Part shown: positions 19,576-27,644 of the stretch, in pieces
Position numbering within the stretch: the stretch's first letter is position 1
Layout: each line of letters starts with the position of its first letter
Source of the DNA: an uncultured Gammaproteobacteria bacterium
GTDB lineage: Bacteria > Patescibacteriota > Microgenomatia > UBA10105 > UBA927
NCBI GenBank assembly: GCA_964629685.1
Contig: CAZVTT010000001.1
Coordinates: 81,877-145,876 of the forward strand
Direction: 5' to 3'
DNA: 64,000 bases
Translations under genes and position numbers: made by a program
Notes under the pieces: model-generated
What the model was told of the DNA's origin: nothing
Seen by the model: only the letters and a program-made list of their open reading frames with translations
The model's database searches: none

Positions 19576-21183
19576 TTAATCCACAATTTGAACCACGGTT
19601 ATATTGTTCTCCGAGTAAACTACTTTAAAAAACGGAAAATCCATATACTTCGTTTGATCAAACGCAATCGAATCCGCGCCGAAGACTACATATGAAACAT
19701 GATACCGGCTTAACAAAGCACGTACATCAACCTCAGGCATCGTACCGTAAAAAAACGTAATTATCTCTGTTCTCTTTAACCCGTAATCCGGATTAGTTCC
19801 TTCATGACCAATTAAAACTTTATTGTCGGTAAAACCCGGAATCATGACACTGAGCATCTCTCCTGCCATTACAATACTATTTTTTGGAGTAGACGCTAAA
19901 AATGCCAATACTTTTTTGGATGCATCAAGCGTGTAGTAATTATAAAAGAAAGAATTTTCCGGATTTGAAATATCTTTGCCGGTAAAATACCCCGGTACCA
20001 CCGCATAGGCAAAAGTACAAACGAATACTCCCGCAGTCATAACGTATTGCCACCGGCTTCTTTCCAAAATACTTTCCAGACTCATGGCAGCGAGTAATGC
20101 GAATGGTATCTGCAGGAAAAGCTGCGACAATCGGACAGTACTTGTCGGTAATCTCAGATAGCCCAACACGTGTATAAAAAGTGGAATACATCCCCAAAGC
20201 ACGACAAACCGACGAATTGCGCATGAATACGTCCTTTTCATGAAAAATGCCGGGATCGCCAGTATTAAAACCGGACCTATGGCTGCAAATAAATACCATA
20301 TCGGATCTGCGGGTTGAGTCCAGATAAATGTTCCGTGTAAAGCCTGATACGATTTCCATTGATAGAGCAAAAGATGTCGGTAATACAGTGCAACAAGCAC
20401 GATGGGTACAACAATCGCACCAGTTCGGAACAACAATGGTATATGCAGCTTTCGGGTACGTACCAGTTCCCAAATAAGAAATATGCCGATTAATATCGTC
20501 GTGTATCCTGCTATATACGGATGAACAAATCCGAATACAATTCCCAGCATAATTCCAATACCATACCAGTACCATTTTTTTTGGTTGGATAGCAGGTAAT
20601 AGAAACTGACTATTACCAGTAAAACGGCTAAATAATGATGCGGAGGGATGGCAGTATACTTCAGTAGAATATTAAAAAAATTAGAATACGTCGTCGGCTC
20701 CCAATACTCCCACGACCATTCCCCTTTTCGTATCCACCAGAAACTAGTGGCAGTACTAAATAAACCGATAGCCAACAGTTTACTCCGTGTCCGGACAAAA
20801 AAATGCTCAGTCAACAGGATAACCCCACCCAAAAGTATTCCAAGCGACACCACTCTGGCTATTGCATATGCTTTAAAGGGAGACGTAGTAAACGGTTTGC
20901 TGAATAGGCCTATTACCGGGTAATGAGGTTCAAGAATATACGGAGAAACATCATCGTATCGGAATGCATCTTCATACAACAGTTTTCCCTGTTGTCCACT
21001 GCGGACTAAATATATGTATTGAAAGTAATCCTTCAAAAAGTACTGCGGATAACCATACATGGTACTTCCTGGCCATGTCCGTTCTCCGATACTTATCGTA
21101 CCGAACAGGATAACGAAAATAAAACAAATAAATCCAAGACACCCGAACAAATACACGCGCACGGAATGCGGCACGGTAGTCAT
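19576..21183 (-). CDS. Polytopic membrane protein, a putative GT-C fold glycosyltransferase with a C-terminal extracytoplasmic domain
   Basis: 535 aa with many hydrophobic segments and a ~120 aa soluble C-terminal domain. It is paired with the upstream ArnT/PMT-like gene, with a 1-nt gap. Confidence 0.45.
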   Translation of the reverse strand: MTTVPHSVRVYLFGCLGFICFIFVILFGTISIGERTWPGSTMYGYPQYFLKDYFQYIYLVRSGQQGKLLYEDAFRYDDVSPYILEPHYPVIGLFSKPFTTSPFKAYAIARVVSLGILLGGVILLTEHFFVRTRSKLLAIGLFSTATSFWWIRKGEWSWEYWEPTTYSNFFNILLKYTAIPPHHYLAVLLVIVSFYYLLSNQKKWYWYGIGIMLGIVFGFVHPYIAGYTTILIGIFLIWELVRTRKLHIPLLFRTGAIVVPIVLVALYYRHLLLYQWKSYQALHGTFIWTQPADPIWYLFAAIGPVLILAIPAFFMKRTYSCAIRRFVVLWGCIPLFIHVLGYLRLPTSTVRLSQLFLQIPFALLAAMSLESILERSRWQYVMTAGVFVCTFAYAVVPGYFTGKDISNPENSFFYNYYTLDASKKVLAFLASTPKNSIVMAGEMLSVMIPGFTDNKVLIGHEGTNPDYGLKRTEIITFFYGTMPEVDVRALLSRYHVSYVVFGADSIAFDQTKYMDFPFFKVVYSENNITVVQIVD

Positions 21184-21184
21184 G

Positions 21185-22759
21185 TTATTTTATTGCGTAA
21201 ATCGAAACCAACGGAACACCGTCTACGGTCTCCGAGAATAGAGGAGTTTTATTTTTATAATAATCCCAATAAACGTCCGCATTTACCCGAAAAAAGCCCT
21301 GTCTGGCGAGAATAATGGCATAGTCACAGGAGGAAAAATCACCGGAATATACTGTAGATTGATCAACCAGGGAAACCGGTATTTCTTTTACAATCCCCTG
21401 ATACCAGTATCCTTTCAGTAAATCCGGCCAGGGAAAAACACAATACGTAGCAGTAGGATGTTGCTGTAAAAACGGAATTACTGCTTTATACGAGCTTCCC
21501 CAATATTCCGTTTCGTACCCCCGTAGTTGTGCACCCTTTACCCCTCCCACTAACTCACTGGCATACACGTACTGGTACGGATGAATTCTCAATGACACAA
21601 AACAGACATATATCGTTAACACCAATACCGTCAACGGAAAAATTGGCCTATGAGTTTGGATCATCCGGCGGAAACGGTCCAACCCGATAACGGACATTAC
21701 TACCGCAAAAGGATAAGCAGGGAGAAACAATCGCTCACCATCATATTGAATCGCATACGGCAGCGTCATCATGACTAAGGGGACAAACAGATTTATCAGC
21801 ATAAAACGCTCATATTTACGGGGCTTAAGGAGCGCACTGGCAATACCCACAAGTCCAAAAATTACCACCGGTAACGGAATGGTGGTAAACAGCAGCACAA
21901 ACGAATAGTGCCAGGGGGCCATATTCCCTTCCACGTTTGTGTACTGTTGTCCTAAGTAGTACACATCAATCGGATAATGCTCTAGCATCAGCGACGTATA
22001 GAACCGGAAACGCCCGATAGGATCAGGCCAAAGATACGGCCAGCATATCAAAAAAATACCGAGAGGAATTAAAACTAATAGTGTTGTTTTTAATACCAAC
22101 GGCAGTATCCAGAACCGGCGTCGGGAATGTATACCCTGCCAAAGCCCGACTATAGTGATATAGGATCCTACTGTCACACCTAACAACGCTCCCTGCAATT
22201 TTGTTGCGAGAGAAATTCCCAGGAGGATAAGTACCACGACATAACTTTTTATCGATGTCACTGCCTGTACGCTAACTACAGCTGTAGCCAACCACAACGC
22301 CGTTATCGGAAAATCTAATGCACCGAGATGCGCATGATAAAAGACTCTGGGGAGTAAAATTGCTGTCAAACCGGCATAAACCCCTAGCCACTTACCGTAA
22401 TTTTTTGAAACGAACCATGTCATCGTCCCGGATAACAACATCACAAAAGGGAGTATTCCCAACCGAAATGCGTCTATTTGATTCATGAGACCAAACACAT
22501 CAAAGAAGATATGTCGCGTTATGCCGCCGGAAATTTTAAATATCGGCGGATGCCTGTCATGTATTGGCCATTGCGCGACGATTGAATCCCACGTCGGATG
22601 TAATAACCAAGCCGTATTGGCTTTGGCAATGGACATATAGAACGATTCATCTGCAGAAAGTCCGTAATCCGGGATAGTAAAAGCCACCAGTAATCCGGCA
22701 CACAATGCTACCAGGAGACTTAGCATCCCCACAGAAACGGAAAGTCTCTTTCGACTCAT
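21185..22759 (-). CDS. GT-C family membrane glycosyltransferase (ArnT/PMT/family 39-83-like)
   Basis: 524 aa, polytopic. An N-terminal first-loop motif SADESFYMSIA resembles the catalytic DE-containing loop of ArnT/PMT-type lipid-linked sugar transferases. Confidence 0.5.
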   Translation of the reverse strand: MSRKRLSVSVGMLSLLVALCAGLLVAFTIPDYGLSADESFYMSIAKANTAWLLHPTWDSIVAQWPIHDRHPPIFKISGGITRHIFFDVFGLMNQIDAFRLGILPFVMLLSGTMTWFVSKNYGKWLGVYAGLTAILLPRVFYHAHLGALDFPITALWLATAVVSVQAVTSIKSYVVVLILLGISLATKLQGALLGVTVGSYITIVGLWQGIHSRRRFWILPLVLKTTLLVLIPLGIFLICWPYLWPDPIGRFRFYTSLMLEHYPIDVYYLGQQYTNVEGNMAPWHYSFVLLFTTIPLPVVIFGLVGIASALLKPRKYERFMLINLFVPLVMMTLPYAIQYDGERLFLPAYPFAVVMSVIGLDRFRRMIQTHRPIFPLTVLVLTIYVCFVSLRIHPYQYVYASELVGGVKGAQLRGYETEYWGSSYKAVIPFLQQHPTATYCVFPWPDLLKGYWYQGIVKEIPVSLVDQSTVYSGDFSSCDYAIILARQGFFRVNADVYWDYYKNKTPLFSETVDGVPLVSIYAIK

Positions 22760-22811
22760 CTATTCAGCATAACCTAAGCTGCATGGTGATAGAAGTAGTT
22801 GCCTTACGGTT

Positions 22812-24176
22812 TTACCGTATCGTTGCTCCCAACGGCATTCCTTCACCGGGTATAAAAATTGGTTTATCCGCTCCGTCTACTGCCAGAATCATACCCTGCG
22901 ATTCTTCACCCAACATTTTTCTTGGTTCCAGATTAACAGCAAAGAAAAACTGCTTTCCGATAAAGAAGTCTGCGGTATACCCGAATTGTCTTACGCCGGT
23001 AAATATAGTCCGCTGCTCATCCCCAAAATCGACATGCAGTCGGATCAGTTTCTCGCTTTTCTCAACATGTTCTGCAGCCGTTACCTTCCCCACCCGTTCC
23101 TGTACTGCTGCAAATTGATCTATCGTTATTTTACCGTCAGTCCGCTTGATGGGATAAGAAAAAAACGAATAACTATTTGTTAATCCCAGGGCTTCACGGA
23201 CTTCTTTCATGGTCGCCCCTGCCACCGTCTGAGTTGTGGCGGCACCTTTTTCCAGGATAGACTTCACCAATTTCGGATCACTCCTAAGCTGCTCGTAACG
23301 TGCACGTGCAGGTGCAAATGTTTTCATAAGCGAGGTGAATAAATATTCCTTCACCTCCACATCCCCCACTTCCCCTTTTATATATAGCTCTTTCAGTTCC
23401 GTAACTTTTTCAGTTTCACCGAAAAAATCCAAATAACTGAATACCATATTCCCTTCCACATGCCCGGGATCATCAGCATGCTTTCTGGTCGGATCAGTAA
23501 ACGTAGCCATTACCTGTTTTTTTATCGCGTCTTCCGACTCAAATATGCTTATCAAATTTCCCAGAGATTTACTCATTTTCCGCTGTCCGTCTGTCCCCAG
23601 TACTACTGCTACATTTTCCGGAATATAGGGTTCCGGGAGAGGAAAAACCTGTTTCCGGAATACCCGGTTAAACCTGTCGGCAATATCACGGGTAATCTCC
23701 ACGTGTTGTTTCTGATCTTTACCAACCGGCACTAAATCCGGTTTATAGAGCAAAATATCGCACGCCATTAAGATGGGATAATTAAATAATCCCAAATTGA
23801 TGTCATCCTCCATCACGTCTTTTGACAATTTGTCTTTGTACGCATGTGCCCGCTTAAGTAAACCCAGGGGTGTAATATTATTCAGAATTGTCTGCAATTC
23901 CGCATGCATGGGTACATCGGATTGTCGGAAAAATACTACATTGGGATTATCAAACCCCACTAACGCAATTTCATTCACAATTAACGTTTCAGTGTTCTTC
24001 TGTAATGTCTTTCTGTCCTGTATTGTCGTAAGGGCATGCAGGTCTGCAAACATCAAAAAACATTCGTGATCGCGGGACAATTGTACAAACTGCTTAACTG
24101 CTCCAAGATAATTACCTATATGCAGGCTGCCATCTCCACTGGGTGTTATTCCTGATAATATTCGTTTCATATACAT
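22812..24176 (-). CDS. trpS: Tryptophanyl-tRNA synthetase fused to a C-terminal Trbp111/CsaA-like tRNA-binding domain
   Basis: The N-terminus carries the HIGH-type motif GITPSGDGSLHIGNYLGA and the KMSKS motif. The body is about 330 aa of TrpRS. It is followed by ~110 aa reading KITIDQFAAVQERVGKVTAAEHVEKSEKLIRLHVDFG...GMILA, which has the look of an EMAP-II/Myf OB-fold tRNA_bind domain. Confidence 0.8.
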   Translation of the reverse strand: MYMKRILSGITPSGDGSLHIGNYLGAVKQFVQLSRDHECFLMFADLHALTTIQDRKTLQKNTETLIVNEIALVGFDNPNVVFFRQSDVPMHAELQTILNNITPLGLLKRAHAYKDKLSKDVMEDDINLGLFNYPILMACDILLYKPDLVPVGKDQKQHVEITRDIADRFNRVFRKQVFPLPEPYIPENVAVVLGTDGQRKMSKSLGNLISIFESEDAIKKQVMATFTDPTRKHADDPGHVEGNMVFSYLDFFGETEKVTELKELYIKGEVGDVEVKEYLFTSLMKTFAPARARYEQLRSDPKLVKSILEKGAATTQTVAGATMKEVREALGLTNSYSFFSYPIKRTDGKITIDQFAAVQERVGKVTAAEHVEKSEKLIRLHVDFGDEQRTIFTGVRQFGYTADFFIGKQFFFAVNLEPRKMLGEESQGMILAVDGADKPIFIPGEGMPLGATIR

Positions 24177-24201
24177 ACCTCCTCAAACAAAATCTTCTCC
24201 A

Positions 24202-24594
24202 TTATACTGTACCTTCAGCAAATACACGCAAAGCCGAAACCAGATCAGTCACGGTAGTGTAGTATATCCGATCGTCTACCCGGAACAGACCGTATCGTTT
24301 ATCAACCAGGAGCATCCGCTGATATCCTGATAAATTCCCGCCGTAGCGAAATTGAATATCCGCAAACTTTTTCGCAAGTTGCTTGTACATTATTTTCGGT
24401 CCATATCCATACCGGATAACGGAAATACCGCTAGCCGCTTGCAACGAAACTAATCGGTGATAGTTCTGTGGCAATGGTTGACGCGATTCTTCCACCATGT
24501 CCATCGTCATAAACACTTCGATTTTTGCACGCTTCACTAAACGCGTGGCAAAATGCACCACATCTGACGATTGCACTTGCGTTATAAATTTCAT
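24202..24594 (-). CDS. Hypothetical protein, 130 aa
   Basis: Its start overlaps the stop of the upstream 509-aa ORF (ATGA-type 4-nt overlap), implying translational coupling. Confidence 0.4.
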   Translation of the reverse strand: MKFITQVQSSDVVHFATRLVKRAKIEVFMTMDMVEESRQPLPQNYHRLVSLQAASGISVIRYGYGPKIMYKQLAKKFADIQFRYGGNLSGYQRMLLVDKRYGLFRVDDRIYYTTVTDLVSALRVFAEGTV

Positions 24595-26120
24595 AATTCT
24601 CCTTTGGCGACAGCCATAAAACGAAAAACGGAATATATTGGCCGGTTAGCCCTAAACAGCACGGCATTGTGCGGGTTAATGGGAATATTTCTGGCCACCA
24701 CGCTGTCCCCTGCTTTCAGATAAGACAAAGCAATCTGCATACCGCGCACATCATAGCGGTAGCAGGCCACGGGAGTCTTTTGTGAAGATGCGTATATGTG
24801 AAATACATCCTCGGTTATCCCTACCGTACGTAAATACGCATCCAGCGCAATAGTGGCTCTGAACACATCTTCCGCTGATCCCCGGAGATCAACGCCCTTT
24901 ACAATCGCGGTTAGTCCTTCCAATTGTTTATCGCTCAAGACTGCCCGTTTACACCCTGTCATTTCTGCCAACGAAAGCAACAGAAACGGATCGGGGTACA
25001 TTTTCGCCCCCTCACCGTTTACGTGTCGTCTCAGTAGTTCAACATATTCAGATGTATCCGTATCCACATTTAATATAAGTGCCAGATCTGTTGTCTTTAA
25101 TACTGCTGTCTGGGAAACACTAATAGGGCGCACGGTAATGCCGTACTCCGCCAGTCTTTGTGTAAACGCCTGAATTTCCCGCCGCTCCAATACATCTTCG
25201 TGCTGCTGCAATACGGCATCACGGGTCACCAGGTGGAGTACCTGTTGATTAGCCAACCTGACGGTTTCCGCTACCCTCTCTACCACACTTTGCGCGAGTG
25301 GCATCATAACTTGCTGTATTTGCGCCAGCGCCGTATTTTCCTGTGGGTCGAGTGTGGTCAGAAATAAACCCACATCCGGTAACTGTATTTGATCTAGTAC
25401 AGCTTCTCCATTTCGCATGAGTTGCACATCTGCCTGAAAATACAGCGGTGGATGGTATGGAGTATGCTGCCCTGATATACCATGCTTAAGACAAAATTTG
25501 TCTCTGGCATTCTTTGCATACTGTGAAAACATTCGGGCTTGTTCATGGATAACTTGTGTCGCCTGTCCAAACATTGACTCGGATACCCGAATGGACTCAG
25601 CAGGCGAAGACGGCCTGATAAAAAATAATGCCTCCCTGCCCACCTGTGCTTCCCTGGACGTGTAAATTCCACACGCCTCAGCTGCTAGTTGCAAACGCTC
25701 GTATGCCAATTGAGCTTCCGCTAAATCTTCTTCTCCAAACGCCGCTTTCACAGAGGATAACTCCTGCATCACTGTTACGGGATAATTATGTTGCTCTAAC
25801 TGCACGGAAAAAAACTCCTCTTCTATACAAAAACCTGACGAACCGGCAATCGTATACGGCCCAGTCCCGTTTTCGTGTCCTGCTTCAAATGACAGGAATT
25901 GTCCCGCTCCCTGATCCGTTTTTAGAATCGGACGGGATAAAAGCGCACCATTCCGGAATTGATCTTTAGTCGCGCGGCTCCGGGGGAAAATTCTATTCCG
26001 CAGTTCGTCAGGCGGACTATGCCGCAATCCCAAAAACACACTTCCGGTTTCACGCGCCGCCTCCGGAGTACCTATTTCGGAAAAATGCAATCCCGGTTCA
26101 AAAAGTACATCAAGCGGCAC
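24591..26120 (-). CDS. Hypothetical protein, 509 aa
   Basis: A long ORF with no recognisable motif. It is the first gene of a two-gene cassette upstream of trpS. Confidence 0.5.
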   Translation of the reverse strand: MPLDVLFEPGLHFSEIGTPEAARETGSVFLGLRHSPPDELRNRIFPRSRATKDQFRNGALLSRPILKTDQGAGQFLSFEAGHENGTGPYTIAGSSGFCIEEEFFSVQLEQHNYPVTVMQELSSVKAAFGEEDLAEAQLAYERLQLAAEACGIYTSREAQVGREALFFIRPSSPAESIRVSESMFGQATQVIHEQARMFSQYAKNARDKFCLKHGISGQHTPYHPPLYFQADVQLMRNGEAVLDQIQLPDVGLFLTTLDPQENTALAQIQQVMMPLAQSVVERVAETVRLANQQVLHLVTRDAVLQQHEDVLERREIQAFTQRLAEYGITVRPISVSQTAVLKTTDLALILNVDTDTSEYVELLRRHVNGEGAKMYPDPFLLLSLAEMTGCKRAVLSDKQLEGLTAIVKGVDLRGSAEDVFRATIALDAYLRTVGITEDVFHIYASSQKTPVACYRYDVRGMQIALSYLKAGDSVVARNIPINPHNAVLFRANRPIYSVFRFMAVAKGEL

Positions 26121-26766
26121 TCCCGCGGCTTTTACTCTTCCGCTTCCGAAAATTTCATAATCCTCTTCGGAATTATTCCCGCTTTCATTTTGTTCCGCGC
26201 CAAGGCAATCCTTCAGATTTATATCCGGAAATTCCTCCCCGGACTACTATTTCTGTATCTTTTGGTCCATATTCTGTTGACATAGGACCTCCTTTCCCTG
26301 TCCGTTTTACCGGACAATGCTTTCTATTCAGGCACTAAAAAAGCCCTTATAAATCCCCCAGTGTATTACTGGTGAACTTACAAGGGCTTTTTACGGCTGT
26401 GCCACCTTGCTTCGCTCCCTCAGAAACGAAAAACTCTCCACCGGGAGAGTTCGTCACTTCATAAGAGAACCTTATTCATGACGAGCTCCATTTATACCTC
26501 TTCTTTACAAGCGAAATGCTTGCATGGAACAAAGTGAAATGACACTCGTTGCTGACTATTACGGTTTCGCCTCCGTCTCCGCAGACTAATACAGTTTTAG
26601 CGGAGCCGCCCGGGATGCACCGTCTGATGCGTCCCTAATCCGGTTCCAACCCTCCGGATCATAGCGTTTCTCTTTAATTATGGAAGATAGTATACCACAA
26701 AGGGGCAAACAGAGTTGCTTTGAGGCAAAAAACGGAGTATACTCCATATGCTTAGACCGTATAAGC

Positions 26767-26836
26767 CGCGGGGTAGTGTAAAGCCGCACAGGAGGCTCAT
26801 AATCTCCTAGGCCGGGTGCGATTCCCGGCCCCGCAA
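26767..26836 (+). tRNA. tRNA(CAT), Met/initiator-like, with a C1:A72 acceptor mismatch and a non-canonical D-loop and T-loop
   Basis: A manual cloverleaf fit: acceptor cgcgggg/ccccgca with 6 bp plus a C1:A72 mismatch, D stem gtgt/gcac, anticodon stem ggagg/tctcc, anticodon loop cTCATAa (CAT), T stem ccggg/cccgg and T loop tgcgatt. The D loop is only 6 nt and lacks GG, and position 55 is G instead of U. A strong terminator hairpin follows. Confidence 0.45.
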
Positions 26837-26852
26837 CTAAGGACATGAAAAA

Positions 26853-26875
26853 GGCTCCCAAATGGGAGCCTTTTT
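26853..26875. terminator. Rho-independent terminator hairpin, bidirectional (A-run on one side, T-run on the other)
   Basis: aaaaaGGCTCCCaaatGGGAGCCttttt lies immediately 3' of the tRNA-like gene. Confidence 0.55.
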
Positions 26876-27182
26876 CGTCCTCAGCGGATTGCTGTGCAGT
26901 AAATACGCCACGGTGCTATAAAATCTGTGATCACTTCTAAACTTCACCTAAATCACAATATCTGTTATAGTCAGGCACGGAAATCATAACAAAGCTCTAA
27001 AAGCTGGGCTTTTCTCGTGATTATCTTAAGTTCTACGTACCTTTACACCTACCGATTCGCTTTTCTCATTGATTAGTTCGATGAATCTTGACGTAGTTCA
27101 ACATTCACGAGCTAATCAATAGGAGGCATGAGCGAAAAAACCTGCAGAGACAGTCCGTCAGCAATACCTAAAGGAGTAGACG

Positions 27183-27557
27183 ATGTTACTGTGGAGTCAG
27201 CTATTTCCCGATCATTACCCGTCGGATGAGCAACAGGAGACCCTCGGTCTTACGAATGCTCATGAAGCCGTCGAAAGAATGACACGCCGGAACTTTTTCA
27301 TTACGGCAGTCATCGGTCTGGTGCTTTTCGGTTACGTAGCACTATTTCCGCCATCTGTTTGGATTACCGTCGCCATCCTGATCGTCAATACGCTTCTCGT
27401 CGCTTCCAGTCTTTACAATGGCTTAGATGTCGTCATGAGTTACGCCGATCTGGAAGCAGCCGCGAGGCGCGGGATCATCGTACCGGGGGTAATGTACATC
27501 GCCGTAATAATAAACGGAGTTTACATCTTCACGTCAATCTGTACACTGCTCAGTTAG
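27183..27557 (+). CDS. Small hypothetical membrane protein (2-3 transmembrane segments)
   Basis: 124 aa with hydrophobic stretches FITAVIGLVLFGYVALF, WITVAILIVNTLLVASSLY and GVMYIAVIINGVYIFTSI. An aaggag RBS precedes the ATG. Confidence 0.4.
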   Translation: MLLWSQLFPDHYPSDEQQETLGLTNAHEAVERMTRRNFFITAVIGLVLFGYVALFPPSVWITVAILIVNTLLVASSLYNGLDVVMSYADLEAAARRGIIVPGVMYIAVIINGVYIFTSICTLLS

Positions 27558-27644
27558 CGAATCGGTCAATCACACCCCCTCCTTGGAGTTCTCGCCAGCG
27601 ATGGTGAAAATGTTGAAGAGGTGGGGGTGTCGTTTTTGTTTACG

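Noticed and set aside
19940-20575. 211-aa minus-strand ORF in an alternative frame within the GT-C membrane protein gene
   Set aside because: It is entirely contained in the longer, hydrophobic-periodic ORF 19576..21183. It is Cys/Arg-rich, consistent with out-of-frame translation.
26767-26836. Possibility that the CAT-anticodon element is the tRNA-like domain of a tmRNA
   Set aside because: All four arms, including a D stem and a complete anticodon arm, are contiguous within about 70 nt. tmRNA would have widely separated 5' and 3' halves with no anticodon arm, and no tag-peptide reading frame was seen.
26586-26861. 91-aa minus-strand ORF (TTG start) lying antisense across the tRNA-like gene and the terminator
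   Set aside because: It fully overlaps a cloverleaf-forming RNA gene and a terminator hairpin. It uses a non-ATG start, and its low-complexity Gly/Pro composition derives from the GC-rich tRNA sequence.
27128-27229. 33-aa ORF MSEKTCRDSPSAIPKGVDDVTVESAISRSLPVG with a perfect aggagg RBS, upstream of and out of frame with the 124-aa membrane protein ORF
   Set aside because: It is too short to support without conservation data. It could be a leader peptide. I note it but do not call it.
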